IMG/VR virus record: IMGVR_UViG_3300042371_001161
Location: 32,001-96,000 of that record
Length of the DNA stretch: 64,000 bases
Reading direction: 5' to 3' (one strand)
Source of the DNA: a virus
The notes below the pieces were generated by a model. The model was given only the letters and a program-made list of their open reading frames with translations. It did no database searches and was not told the DNA's origin. The position numbers were made by a program, and so were the translations under genes. Below are positions 27,701 to 38,200 of this stretch, in pieces. The first letter of the stretch is position 1; every line of letters begins with the position of its first letter.

Positions 27701-30700
27701 GACAATCCACTGGACATCGCATCCGAGTCGACTCGACAGAAAATTGGGGAAAACGTTTGGAGACGAAGATTACGCCTTTGAAGAACTTATTGCAGAAATA
27801 GGCTCCGCGTTTGCAATGGGCGCAATGGGCCTTGAACCAACGATACAAGAAAACCATTTGCTTTACCTAAGTAGCTGGATAAAGAAACTACAAAAAGACC
27901 CGCTAGCAATTCACCGGGCCATTCTGCAGGCGCAGAAAGCAAATGACTACATAATGGACCGCTCTGCCACAATGCGCAAGCTCGCAGGTATCCCTGACGG
28001 CGAACGCAAGGGCAAGGACTCGGGCTGGTTTGAAATACCAATGATTGCTGGATATCCGGGTGGAGAAAAAATAAAGTCACCAACAACAATCACGGGACCA
28101 ATGGAAGACCTGCTTGACATGGAGCAGTACGACGAACTTGTTCCGGATGCTCGAAATCTAAGTATCGAAGAGCGCGAAATGCGCTCCTTCCAGATTCATC
28201 CAAATGCTATACGCAGGAACAAAGACGGCGTAGTAATTACGCCATCTGGAGCTTTGGCAAGCGGCAAAAAGGCTGGCCCAATCAAGAGCAGGAAGGGCGC
28301 TCCCGACGTAGAGCGCACCGATGAAGATATTTCCATGAAGTTTGCGTTCGGCTTAAGTAATGAGCCAACAAACGAGCAGCGAGACATTATGGATGTTGTT
28401 ATGCGTCTTGTTCGTGAGAAAAACCCACAAATCATGTCTATTCTTGCTGGTGCAGGAACAGGAAAAACTACAACCCTGAAGAGTATTGCATGGGCGTTGG
28501 CTCGTGAATTCAACCTATGGCCAGAAGGCGACGAGCGTCGCAAAGAACAACTCAAGTATTTAGCAGATAGATATAAGATTGATTTTAGCAAGATGTCTTC
28601 AGAAGAAATTGCGTTAGCAGTAGCAAAACTTGCAAAAGACAACCCCATGGGCAATATGTATTACACGGTTTTTAACACAAAAAACCAGCATGAAGCCGAG
28701 AAAGAATTCCCTAAAAATACGGGTATAGCCACGACCGACAAGCTTTTTCTTTGGTCTCTAATGCTAGGTGGTGGCGACAAAAGATTTGGTCCTGCGTTCC
28801 GTAGAAAAATGGCAGTCCAGAAACTTAAAGCAGATAACTCAGCCGCCGGAAGCGGTAAAGATAATCCAAAATTTATAAGTAAAGAAAAAACTCCAGATGA
28901 ACCAAGGAGAATTGGTTCCGATTTTGTTCGCGAACATTTTGATGGCACGATTGAAACATTTGTAGGAGAGGAGCCTGGTTACAGGACCCTTGGTTGGCAG
29001 AGACTTGATGATGCCGTGGACTGGATTAAATTCCTTGGGATAGACAAATGGCCCGACCAGCAAACCAGAAGAAGAGACCGAGTACAGAAGGACTCCAAGG
29101 GCAGAACAGTCCGTGACGCCAACGGCAAAGAAGTTCGTGAACAATACGACGAGTCAATATTTATTCTCCCTGATGGAAGAGGAACAACACAAGTAACCAC
29201 TGAAGAAATGGCCGATATTCTCAGTAACGCTCTCGGAAGATGGGAAATATCAAAAGAAGAAAAAGCAGCAGCATGGATGTTTACGCCGTCGGCATATCGT
29301 GCAGAGGGCCGCACCACCCCTAAAGGCCAGGGAAAAGACATTCATGTCGTGGACACGGTCCTCACAGAGGACCAAGTACCCAAATTGTGGGTTGAGGCCC
29401 TCCAGCAAGCGATAGATGCAATGATGGACGGCAACAGCAACATGATTCCGCGAAGGGACTCTGTTCAAAAACTATGGCTACTTTCGAATCCGGACTTAAG
29501 AACCGACCCTGGCCTCATAACGCATTCTGAAAATCAAACAAGAAACAAAGTGCCGATACCGAATACATACAAAGTTGGAGACAAGTATGTTGACGAGAAC
29601 GGTGAAGAATGGATTGTGGCGGGAACCTCGCGAGATGGTTCAAGTAGCAAAGTAAAAGCAAGACTTGCCAAGCGGGTTGCCACTGTCGAGAATCCACTCA
29701 GCGCGTTCATGGTAGACGAGTCTCAAGACTCTAATGAAATTTTGGAAACCGTATTAGAAAACAATAGAAAAAATCTTCCAATAATTTTAGTGGGTGATGA
29801 TAGACAGGCTGTTTATGCTTTCCGCGATGCGAAGAACATACTTGATTCCCTTGATGCTGAATATTCGCTATCAATAACCGAATCATTTAGGTATGGACCA
29901 GTCGTCGCTCACTTAACCAACATGGCACTTGGTCGACAGAACCTCTACCTGAGAGGACAGGAAGTTCCGCAGTCAATGGACTGGAAGCATGTGAAGGGTC
30001 AGGCACAAGAGGTCATAAACATGTTGTTTGACCCAGTGCTTGCAAAAAAAGACAGAAAAGGCGCAAATCAAGTTCCAGAAATCAACGACAAAACACGCGC
30101 CCTGATTATCGACGATATTGAAAAAAGATTTTCAACACCAGATAAAAAAATTGAGATATCTGACAAGACCAGAGTTGCTCAGGATGCAATTCTAAAACAA
30201 CTACGCGACGAGCTCTACGATGAAAGAGAAGGAAAAATAGTCGACTTTGTTGAACTCGCCAATCAAGGCATCTTCCCAGACGCCATTTTAACAGGGACTA
30301 ATGCGGAAATTATAGACTGGGCCCTCAAGTTCATTGACCTAGTCATCAATAGGCCGAACGCCGAAAAAGACGAAAATGGATTCCCAAAAATACCAGAAGT
30401 AGTTATTCCAGCCAAAAAACATGAAGATTTGTTGGCATTTACTATTCAACTTGACTACATCATGAAAAGTCCAGAACAGCAAGCGGCATACGAAAAAATA
30501 TTTGGGGGACGTCCCCCTGAATCCCAGTGGCTTGGGCCAGTCTGGACACAGGGAAGACTTCAACAATTACTTAAACAATCCAGGTCCCAACAGCTAACCA
30601 CCGCATACAGACTCATAACGACAGCCCCACCAGGACAAGCGCCTCTTGGAACTCGCGGAATGCTCACCCTTCTTCGGGGTGAAAATATTGTTGAAGAAGT

Positions 30701-33371
30701 AAACGGCAAACAAAAAATTCGCACCGTTCCTGCGGTGCTATTGCCAGAAAGAAAAACTCAACAACTAAACAATTTTACTGGCGATGACTCAGACCCATCA
30801 AAAGGTGTCAGGGCAGTAGTTATGGGAATATCTCGCGGCACCAAAGCGGCAGAAGCAGAACAGGCGAGTGATAGTCAGCGTAAAAAAATAATTATAATTC
30901 CTCAACCAACTGGAGCCACCGATGGAAGGTCGGCTGTTTATGCACAGCTCGAAATTAATGGTGGTAGCAGTACGAAACCAGGAAAGCCAACCGGCAAAAT
31001 AATCATTACTGGAGATGGCGTTGATAGTAATCGGCCAAAAATCAACGATGATGGTTCTGAGTCAAGAAACAAGGCACCCAATCAAAGGGTTGGTAACGGT
31101 AGATTCAGAAGGAATCTCGAGAAAATAATTCAAAGATATGGACTTCAAGACAAGGTTAAGCCCAAAGAAGAGGCAGAGGGGGCCATGAAGGGAGGTTCTA
31201 AGCGTCGCCTGTATGACGGTTGGGTGATTGAAGGAGAAACTCTACAAGAAAGTTCGGACATATTGGAACTTCTCGGTCAGGCTCTTCGTGACGAAGCAAA
31301 GGAAGTTGGCGGAGATGTTCAAATAACCACGATGGCACTGAGCAAGGGGCGGGAATTCGACTATCTCGTTATGGCGGACGACATTGACGACCCTGATGAC
31401 TTATTGCCTCAAAGTACACCGAAGGGTGAGGCTTCCATAGGATGGATGCAGGCAACGAATCTCATACATGTAGGCCTTTCACGTGCTAAAAAAATGATAG
31501 ACCCAGGAGCAAAGACCTTTGCCTTTTATTTGCACGACCAGAAAACGAAGCCAGTTCGCGAAGCGATGGCTCAAGCCGTAAAAGATGGACACATCCCAGA
31601 AGGGCTCGACAGAGGAGCATTTGGCGATGAGGGCGGAATACCGCTGCCGGACTTCTATCAAAAACTAAACGCCATGCGCGTCGAAGATATCAATTTCGAC
31701 AACCTCCCTGCAAGGGGCGGCGCAAAACCAGACCCATCGACAGGCCTGTCAAGTGGAGCGGGTAGTGGCCCCAAAAATACACCAACTCGTCGCGACGGCA
31801 GACTCAATAGAAGAGGGTCGTCAGGCGGCAGTAGAATTTACGATGGCAGCGGAAGCGCACAAGAAATTGCTGGCATTCGCTTTAGGGGTGACTTAAAGTC
31901 GCCAAAAGAGCAAGCCAAGTTGAATTTCTCAATGAACGTGTGGAAGCGTTTCCGTGACGTCGGAATAGCAATAGATGTGGACGACGATGCATCAGAAACC
32001 GAAGCACGCAAATCTAAAAACGCTGCAACAATAAAGTCAGTTGGTGCAGAGATGAAGAAGCGCCAAAACCTCGTTCGTGTCGGCAGAGTGGGCGACAATA
32101 ACGTGAATGACGCTCCCTCGGCGCTGACATGGATGCTGTCCGTGGACAAACTTGCTGAAACTCTAAGAGTTCCGACCGAATTTGTTTCCGCCAATAGGGA
32201 CGGGAAGAGTTCGCTACAGTGGACTCAGACCCGCCCGGTTACACGCAAAGAGCTTGCAACACTTCTTGGCTTGAATGGTCCAGATACGGCAGCCCTGGAA
32301 GCGCCGGACGCCGGCATCAACCATGATGCTGTCAGACTGCTTATTGCCGAACTCGGCAAGCAACCAGAGCTGAGCGCATGGCGATACTTTTCCCCAGTTA
32401 GCGCCGAAGAAGTAGCAAAGATTATCCCGCCATCACCCAGTGGTGATGTTGAAGGATTCTCAAAGATAGACCTTGCTTTGGAAAATGTTGGTCGCGCAAA
32501 CATGCGTGACAGGTTCATAATCGAGACCTTCGGCAAGGACGCGTTCCCTCATTGGTTCGACCCGGAAGAGGGCGAGTCCATAACGCCAGACGAATACAGC
32601 AAGCTTGGCGAAATTAGCGCAGTGTCTAAATTCCGCGCAACTGGTCGCTTTGACCCAGAGGACCCGACCAAGGGCGACTCAGAGGCAGAATACGACCTCT
32701 ACGGAGAGCTTATTGATGGCGTTCTGCCTAGTGCGGAACCAGATGGTGAGATAATTAGTGGAGACAAAACAAGCAGAGAAGATTTTGAATTAGAGCAGCT
32801 TCTGAAATATCTAGGAATCGATAGACAAGAATGGAAGACGACCCTTAAAGAACGAATGTCTGCTGCTTTCGGAATGGATGCCGTCGGAGCATGGGACGAA
32901 TGGAAGAAAGACGGAATACCAACGGCCACGGTCGCTCACATGATTAGAACTGGGTTAATACCTAACGCCGCTTCAGTCTGGAAAGACGCGTCCACGGGCG
33001 AAAGATTTGACAACGAACTGAAGAAATCAAAATACGCCGTGTATGAAGCATTAAACGAATTTATTGACAAGAGTTTTCCTGATAGCAAGCTCAATAGCCA
33101 AGCCAGTCGAAACAAGATAACTGGAAGAACTGACATGGGTGTTGCGTTAAGAGATGCTGCGACGGCAAAAGGCTCGGCATGGTCTCCGAAAAAAGGAAAC
33201 GAAGCAAGATTCTCTGACTCAGAATTGCAATCAATAGTTGACAGATTTAATGAAGTGTTCGGAACCAATCACACCATCGATGACATATTTAGCGCCGAAC
33301 AACTGAGAACTGCCGCAGAAAGAATTGAGTCTGGTGAAACCTTGTCTGGCAAAAAGAGAAAAGTAAGTTAG
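24708..33371 (+). CDS. Giant fusion: HK97-type prohead protease (S78) + HiPIP-like Cys motif + ArdC-N/MPTase zincin + SF1 (UvrD-like) helicase + unknown C-terminal domain
   Basis: Protease: GNKDSVGDIV...VVWGHSWNDPIGK...EWSIGY...LYEVSPVLHGAN. ArdC: WELPW..RNPTSDRIYQGMNQ..YYSVQTVYNVDEI. Zincin: QAFYRPATDKIHMP..HETIHWT..YAFEELIAEIGSAF. Helicase motifs: AGAGTGKTT, VDESQD, VGDDRQAVYAFR, TESFRYGP, SKGREFD, HVGLSRAKK. Confidence 0.88.
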   Translation: MPSELFEYKSSTLGHSDSINLDEAQGIVECFVAGIGNKDSVGDIVATGAFTKSLQRRKPRVVWGHSWNDPIGKVLEIYEVPNTDNRLPMKMKMAGIGGLFARVQFNLNSEKGREAFAMVAFFGEEQEWSIGYKTLRAQFDQKSQANIIYELELYEVSPVLHGANQLTGTISVKSEELSGGILMSMMNEENPIDKAEIEKQLAAILGAKVSLMEVNDEEITFARRMDNGEVGRYKCGFSNNRGHYMFGAPRPIVVMPVRKPIAPVSAMPMAMPGMPPNEPQRIVRPSQMPSIPVAIKPGENGNQIVPLPPVQYENDNGSRFDPSNLDQEEADLRDALLKIVKRHGKFNEDSEGVWAAYTPAAQNEVAGIGVKCSNCVFYQGGSACKIIDMEVEPEGKCRFAVIPKGVVKGAGSKAYELDEEFAEEDYVADLEVKYPGELAVAGLRGVVGKRRKKRRSFKFLSEFGSKSEDFEDKPYLLPVVPQFAFQVKQVLDPIFDYHGVDSYVDTSGIFMTSGVTYELIEAVDNAVANLKKKSLSENNLEWKAAGYRLGRAISSRLIDRPNIGGGRSRGRFFTSVGAEDFDPFTARDSNLNGIVGEGLFLRGVPLAVNDPTPDGPGSIRNPKPSPRQVAKPNAAAISRAEIQVEKITKPKERQKLSSGSELVNLPRIDDPDVDSAEKYGAAESQRDELQGVLDGASDSDQIKKLKKAIAEIDKYMERVEKMAEGEMADTEKPKKKPVKKQVEKTSQGLSSGYGKYLNKPEAKRTQDERRKYDGPLSSLSSGKLADKAELPEGSSQLEELYKEMAKDIVAILQELANNPDASKRWELPWRNAENYARNPTSDRIYQGMNQMILSLTGSARGYKMNRWAGEGQWKKLGGKVKPGGRNRGVQVLVPREGRSFTDSTGKQVEMGRYYSVQTVYNVDEIAGLPESFYELGDVEINQEQRLQDIENVIKEIGPSFVESLGSQAFYRPATDKIHMPAFEQFKDALAFYGTAMHETIHWTSHPSRLDRKLGKTFGDEDYAFEELIAEIGSAFAMGAMGLEPTIQENHLLYLSSWIKKLQKDPLAIHRAILQAQKANDYIMDRSATMRKLAGIPDGERKGKDSGWFEIPMIAGYPGGEKIKSPTTITGPMEDLLDMEQYDELVPDARNLSIEEREMRSFQIHPNAIRRNKDGVVITPSGALASGKKAGPIKSRKGAPDVERTDEDISMKFAFGLSNEPTNEQRDIMDVVMRLVREKNPQIMSILAGAGTGKTTTLKSIAWALAREFNLWPEGDERRKEQLKYLADRYKIDFSKMSSEEIALAVAKLAKDNPMGNMYYTVFNTKNQHEAEKEFPKNTGIATTDKLFLWSLMLGGGDKRFGPAFRRKMAVQKLKADNSAAGSGKDNPKFISKEKTPDEPRRIGSDFVREHFDGTIETFVGEEPGYRTLGWQRLDDAVDWIKFLGIDKWPDQQTRRRDRVQKDSKGRTVRDANGKEVREQYDESIFILPDGRGTTQVTTEEMADILSNALGRWEISKEEKAAAWMFTPSAYRAEGRTTPKGQGKDIHVVDTVLTEDQVPKLWVEALQQAIDAMMDGNSNMIPRRDSVQKLWLLSNPDLRTDPGLITHSENQTRNKVPIPNTYKVGDKYVDENGEEWIVAGTSRDGSSSKVKARLAKRVATVENPLSAFMVDESQDSNEILETVLENNRKNLPIILVGDDRQAVYAFRDAKNILDSLDAEYSLSITESFRYGPVVAHLTNMALGRQNLYLRGQEVPQSMDWKHVKGQAQEVINMLFDPVLAKKDRKGANQVPEINDKTRALIIDDIEKRFSTPDKKIEISDKTRVAQDAILKQLRDELYDEREGKIVDFVELANQGIFPDAILTGTNAEIIDWALKFIDLVINRPNAEKDENGFPKIPEVVIPAKKHEDLLAFTIQLDYIMKSPEQQAAYEKIFGGRPPESQWLGPVWTQGRLQQLLKQSRSQQLTTAYRLITTAPPGQAPLGTRGMLTLLRGENIVEEVNGKQKIRTVPAVLLPERKTQQLNNFTGDDSDPSKGVRAVVMGISRGTKAAEAEQASDSQRKKIIIIPQPTGATDGRSAVYAQLEINGGSSTKPGKPTGKIIITGDGVDSNRPKINDDGSESRNKAPNQRVGNGRFRRNLEKIIQRYGLQDKVKPKEEAEGAMKGGSKRRLYDGWVIEGETLQESSDILELLGQALRDEAKEVGGDVQITTMALSKGREFDYLVMADDIDDPDDLLPQSTPKGEASIGWMQATNLIHVGLSRAKKMIDPGAKTFAFYLHDQKTKPVREAMAQAVKDGHIPEGLDRGAFGDEGGIPLPDFYQKLNAMRVEDINFDNLPARGGAKPDPSTGLSSGAGSGPKNTPTRRDGRLNRRGSSGGSRIYDGSGSAQEIAGIRFRGDLKSPKEQAKLNFSMNVWKRFRDVGIAIDVDDDASETEARKSKNAATIKSVGAEMKKRQNLVRVGRVGDNNVNDAPSALTWMLSVDKLAETLRVPTEFVSANRDGKSSLQWTQTRPVTRKELATLLGLNGPDTAALEAPDAGINHDAVRLLIAELGKQPELSAWRYFSPVSAEEVAKIIPPSPSGDVEGFSKIDLALENVGRANMRDRFIIETFGKDAFPHWFDPEEGESITPDEYSKLGEISAVSKFRATGRFDPEDPTKGDSEAEYDLYGELIDGVLPSAEPDGEIISGDKTSREDFELEQLLKYLGIDRQEWKTTLKERMSAAFGMDAVGAWDEWKKDGIPTATVAHMIRTGLIPNAASVWKDASTGERFDNELKKSKYAVYEALNEFIDKSFPDSKLNSQASRNKITGRTDMGVALRDAATAKGSAWSPKKGNEARFSDSELQSIVDRFNEVFGTNHTIDDIFSAEQLRTAAERIESGETLSGKKRKVS
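26294..26306 (+). repeat. TTT-A10 homopolymer / in-phase slippery sequence
   Basis: AAT TTA AAA AAA AAA TCC. This is the longest homopolymer I noticed in the window. Confidence 0.8.
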
Positions 33372-33402
33372 AGATGCTAAAAAATCAAAGAGAAGTATTG
33401 GG

Positions 33403-33437
33403 TGTTCCTAATTCACTCACGTATAGCGTGATAGGTT
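33403..33437 (+). promoter_or_regulatory. Variant of conserved element: TGTTCCT-N22-TAGGTT
   Basis: Intergenic, upstream of 33502. Same spacing as the TAGTTGCA motif but a weaker match. Confidence 0.4.
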
Positions 33438-33501
33438 ATAATTTAAATACATTATTGGTTAATGGTCTATCCGGTCATTTCCCTGCACTAACGGGAGCTG
33501 T

Positions 33502-35244
33502 ATGAAATACGACGAAAAAGTTACGCTAAGCATTGACGGTGGCGGCAATGTTCTTAAGTGCGCAAAAGGCGCTGTCGCAGATTGCGGCTTCGTCAAGGGC
33601 GCAGAACTATGTGCCAAGTGCGGAGCTATGCCCGTAGAAATGAAGATGGTGCCCGCTGTTGCTGAACCAGAAGCAGACGAGGAGATGGATGAGGAAGAGT
33701 TGTTGAATCCCACCTCTGCTTCCGTCAAGAAAAAAGGCAATAATAAAAAGCCTGGACATGCACTTCTTGAGATGGCCGACGAAGGTGACGAACCAGACAT
33801 GACGGAGGAAGAAATGGCCGCCGTTATGCCGAAGAAGAAGGGCATGGTCGCGCCCATGGAGCTCGAGGAAGAAGAAGTCGAAGAAGACGAAAAGATGATG
33901 CATGCAATGCCTAAGAAGAAAAAAGGCATGGGCATGGCCGTCCCAGCAATGGATGACGAAGAAGACGTCATGGAAGAAGACGAAGAAGACGAAGAAGACG
34001 AAGAATACAAGCAGATGATGCGAATGCGTCGCGCCGGCCGAAAGAACATGGAAGGCGCTATGCCAGTCATGGATGGCGAAGAAGACGACGAGGAGCTCGA
34101 GGAAGAAGAAGTCGAAGAAGAGCTCGAAGAGGACGAAGAAGTAAAGATGAATGGTCGTCGACACGTCAAGGGTCGCCGAAAGGGCATGGAAGGCGCCATG
34201 CCAGATATGGATGCCGAAGAAGAAGACGAAGAGCTCGAAGAAGACGAAGATGAAGAAGAGGAAGATGAAGAGTACGCAGAAATGGGTGCCAAGTCTTTCT
34301 CCCCGCTTCATACTGAGTGGGAAGAGATTCGTCGCGCTCGTATTGGGTCCATGGGACTGAAGGTCGCTGATATTGGTGCGACAGGCTATGTGTGCGCTAT
34401 TGAGCGCAAGGCCTATGGTGGCTCTTCGCCAGTTTGCGATGACTGCCCAGGAGGTTGCGTTGCCGAAAAAGGCATGCCAGGGATTCTTCATGTTGAAGGT
34501 CTCGCTGAGAAAATGTTTGATGGCGTAGTCGTTGATTCTGGTTATTCGCCAGATGCCGATATGTTCGTTGTGGATGTACAGGTAAAAGATGGTTCCGTAA
34601 ACGAAGTTTTTGTCGATGGTACCTCTGCGGAAATTCTTGGTTTCCACAAACTTGACATGACGGAATTCGATAAGAAATCAGACATCGGTAGTTTCAGACT
34701 AATTGACTTTACGGAAGCTGCTGAAATTGCTGTCAAATCAATTGATGGAACAGTAGTAGCGATTGAGCCCGATATATTTGAGGGCTTTGATTCGTATGCC
34801 GTTGAAATAGAAGGCTTTGATGGCAAGTCATATGACGTATTCGTGGCATTGGATGGAGAAGTCCTCGGCTACGACAAGTATGAATCCGACGAGATTGAAG
34901 GAATTGAAGCCGAAGCGGCAGAAATTGCGATGAAAAATGCGTTCTCGGAAGAGAGGCGCATGGACTTGGCAAAAGATGGCATGGCCATGGAAGACGGGTC
35001 TTACCCAATTGTCTCTGAAGGCGATTTGCGTAATGCAATTCAAGCATTTGGTCGAGCAAAAGACAAAGAGGCAACCAAGAAGCACATTATGAAACGTGCT
35101 CGCGCCCTCAAGTTAGAGAGCTTGATTCCAGCAAACTGGATAGCCGGTGGAGAAGAAAAAAGCAGCAGTAATTTAAGTGACGCAGAATTCATGGCGTCTC
35201 TTGTCGAGTTTCAGCTGCTCGAAGACTCCGTAGACGACAACTAA
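33502..35244 (+). CDS. Acidic scaffold-like protein with Cys clusters, two PepSY-like domains and C-terminal DUF6582-like domain
   Basis: Glu/Asp/Met-rich repeats. AAEIAVKSIDGTVVAIEPD...YAVEIEGFDGKSYDVFVALDGEVL is PepSY-like. MEDGSYPIVSEGDLRNAIQAFGRAKD...HIMKRARAL..IPANW is DUF6582-like (from memory of the family). Confidence 0.7.
   Translation: MKYDEKVTLSIDGGGNVLKCAKGAVADCGFVKGAELCAKCGAMPVEMKMVPAVAEPEADEEMDEEELLNPTSASVKKKGNNKKPGHALLEMADEGDEPDMTEEEMAAVMPKKKGMVAPMELEEEEVEEDEKMMHAMPKKKKGMGMAVPAMDDEEDVMEEDEEDEEDEEYKQMMRMRRAGRKNMEGAMPVMDGEEDDEELEEEEVEEELEEDEEVKMNGRRHVKGRRKGMEGAMPDMDAEEEDEELEEDEDEEEEDEEYAEMGAKSFSPLHTEWEEIRRARIGSMGLKVADIGATGYVCAIERKAYGGSSPVCDDCPGGCVAEKGMPGILHVEGLAEKMFDGVVVDSGYSPDADMFVVDVQVKDGSVNEVFVDGTSAEILGFHKLDMTEFDKKSDIGSFRLIDFTEAAEIAVKSIDGTVVAIEPDIFEGFDSYAVEIEGFDGKSYDVFVALDGEVLGYDKYESDEIEGIEAEAAEIAMKNAFSEERRMDLAKDGMAMEDGSYPIVSEGDLRNAIQAFGRAKDKEATKKHIMKRARALKLESLIPANWIAGGEEKSSSNLSDAEFMASLVEFQLLEDSVDDN
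33780..34275 (+). repeat. Degenerate coding repeats: (M/A)MPKKKGM / MEGAMPxMD followed by poly-Glu/Asp
   Basis: Repeated gagctcgaggaagaagaagtcgaagaag and ggcatggaaggcgc(c/t)atgcca units. Confidence 0.8.
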
Positions 35245-35257
35245 GAGGGGGCGCCAC

Positions 35258-38200
35258 GTGGCGAATACCCCAGCAATGCGGGAAAGAGTAATAGTTTCAG
35301 CACAACTCATGGTGCCGTCTTCGTGCTGCGGCGACTTCAATGAAAAGGCAGTTCTTTTCAGGCAGTCGATTAACTCGTCTCTGTCAACTGGAAAACTTCA
35401 GGCCGAGCTTGTCACAAAAACTATTACAGAAGGTTTTGGCATACGCGTAAAAGCCGATGTCGATACCGACGGGAAAAAACGAGAATTCACCGGAGACAGT
35501 CGACCTGGTGTCGAATCCAATGAATTTGGATATAGATGGGAAACGGGAGGAAAGTGGGAACCCGGTTCGAGGCTTGTCTTGAGCCCTCCTTTTCAATCTC
35601 GCGAGGGAATGGGCACAGAGCCCAACTTTGGCTGGTTGCCGCCGGAAGATAAGTCAACGACAACATTTGAAGAAATGCTTCGGGCCTATAGGGAAAAGCC
35701 AAAAATAAAGTTAAGCAAATACAAGGTAAATCCAAGGACAGATGAGGTCATACCTGATTCCGAAAAAATCATTGACCCATTCGGAATAGCGGCAGGGCTT
35801 AGCTATGAAGAAAAACAGCAAGCCTTACGTAAAAATGAAAAAAACACCCTAGAAGAAAAAAGATTACCGGGTCGCAGTCTTGAATCCAGAGTTCCAGGAG
35901 GCTCGCTCCTTTCGCGAGCTGCAGCCGTGTTTGGCATCCTTCGTGACGAAAACAATAAATTTAGATGTCCTCCAGGAACGCCTGCAGCAAATCAATTTAC
36001 AGACGCCACTGGAGCAAACTGTTTTGGATTCAGTGCATCGAAATTCTCTCGCTTTGCAGCGCGACAGGCAGCCAAGCTCACTGCCCAAGGTGAATATACG
36101 GGATTGCGCCAAAACGCCGCAGACTTCTTCAGATGGATACATGGCCCCAGGTCGAAAAGAGACCCTGCTCTTGCGGAAAAGTGCGCCTACTGGGGAATCA
36201 AAATACCGGAATGGCGAGACATCGCCGTCCCAGAGAATTTACGTTTATTTAAAAACGGAGCCATTCGTGGTCAGGATGATATTGCTCGTCAAAAAGCCGA
36301 AGTTGTGCGCATGTACGACGCATTGGGGATTGACGCCGACGACCCAGATGCTCCGGTTAAGGCGCTTAAAAAACTAAAAGAAATGCATTCGCAAACAGGC
36401 GGCACTGCTGGCTGGGATGTGCAAGTTCTTGATGTTTCCGGAAAAGGGGACGAGCTATTAACAGATGTAGAAATAAAAGAATTTGTAAAAACAAGACTCT
36501 CATCTACTCCTGGCTGGAACAGGCTCTCTAGTAAAGAACAAGAAAGACTATTGAAGTCTGATTTTGAGCGATACAAGACCACTCAACGAGCAATGCTTGA
36601 AACCTTACTTGACCAATTCATGACAGACCCAGGCAGCATGCGTGGGGTTGGTCGAATTGAATTCAACTTCATGACAGATGATGAAGCTGGTACGTCCTTC
36701 TATAGAACGCAAAATGGGATGAAAACGGCAATACACATCAATATGGGGATGATTAGTGCCAATCAAGAAACCATGCTTCCGAACATGGGCGGAGACGAGC
36801 GTTTAGCAATATCTGCTATTGGTGCTAGAAGCGAAGCAGAAGGACGACTTGCGGTTGCTGATTTCATGGTAAATGCAGACCATACGGCCAGAGGCATGGC
36901 CGGCCTCCTTGATGGCGTGTATGGATTTTCAAGTCATATCATGCTCCATGAAATAGCTCACCACAAACAATCTCAAGTATTCCTGGACAAAATACAGAAA
37001 GAAATTACAGAAAAAGGTTTCATTTCCGTTGCGGTCAGAAATAAAAAAGGAGCTGTTGTTGGCGAGCGTGAAGTTAAGAACATCAATAGCCTGACAGGCT
37101 CCGACCTTATGTCAATAATGACTGGCATTGCTGACTCAATCAATATTGAATCGCTAAATGACGCAATGACCAGAATCCAGGCAATTGCTCCATTGGCTGG
37201 GGCATACCCGCGTGATGGATACGCTGTAGGTTCGGAAGTATGGGCGCTGGAAGCATCTGCCGAGATTTGGGCACTACGCGAACGCGGAATTATCTTTGGC
37301 GACGATGTTGACGCTGCTCTTGAGTGGATGGACAACATGTCCTTCTCTGTGGCGGCAAGAGACCGAACGGCAAGTGATGACACAGATGGTCAGAGAAAAT
37401 TAGATGACGTATTTGATATTCCCGCGGACCCCGTTGACCCAGGTTCAGTATCAGATGAAGACATCGACGCGCGAGCTACCGCCGCAATCCGTGAAGAACT
37501 TAAGCGATTCAAAACAGAGTTCTCCAAATTTTCAGAAGAAGAAATGTTTGAAGAGGCAGCAATCATTGGCTCTCAGCGTGACGCCAGTGCCAGACGGCTG
37601 GAATTATTAGAGGTAGAAGAGATAGAAGACCCCTTTTTCCCGCTTACCACATCAGGAAAAATCGTTCGAGACATACTCAAGGCTGATGCAGTGCGGGAAG
37701 CCAAGAGAGAATTTGATTTTCACGCAAAACGATACGACGAGGCGTCAAAAATTTGGCGCAAGAAGTACGGTATAGGCGCTAGTGGTGAAAGAAAAAGATT
37801 TGATGATGAGGTCTACTCGATACGTAAGCGAGAAGGTCTGCTTGATTCAAAAGAAATGGCCGATATTGCTCGCAGGGCCGACCTCGATGATTTGCGCGAC
37901 AGAGTTAAATCAATGCCCGAAAAGAAAACTATCAGCCTCTTGGTTGACGACAAGGTAAGACTCTCGAAACTCGACTCTTCGTCTGATGAATTTAAGAAAT
38001 TGGCCGACGAGATTGAGGTCATTAGAGAACAGTACGTAGAAAATATGAAGTCCGCAGGAGATACGCGGACTAAAGCACAAATCAAAAAAGAACTTGATAA
38101 AAAAGTCAATGACATCATAAATCCACCATCGAAGCCTAAGAAGAAATTCAAGAGCGCTGATGAAGCTCGAAAGCACGGCGCAAAAGAGCGCGCCCGAGTA

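Noticed and set aside
28470-29710. Intein within the helicase (long Walker A to Walker B gap), nrdJ or terL
   Set aside because: No C/S-start with HN-C/S/T end or LAGLIDADG blocks were found. The helicase insertions look like ordinary domain inserts.
33459-34647. Long antisense ORFs (277 aa poly-Ser; 346 aa Phe/Leu-rich)
   Set aside because: They are shadows of the GAA/GAC-rich acidic repeat on the plus strand, with no independent signals.
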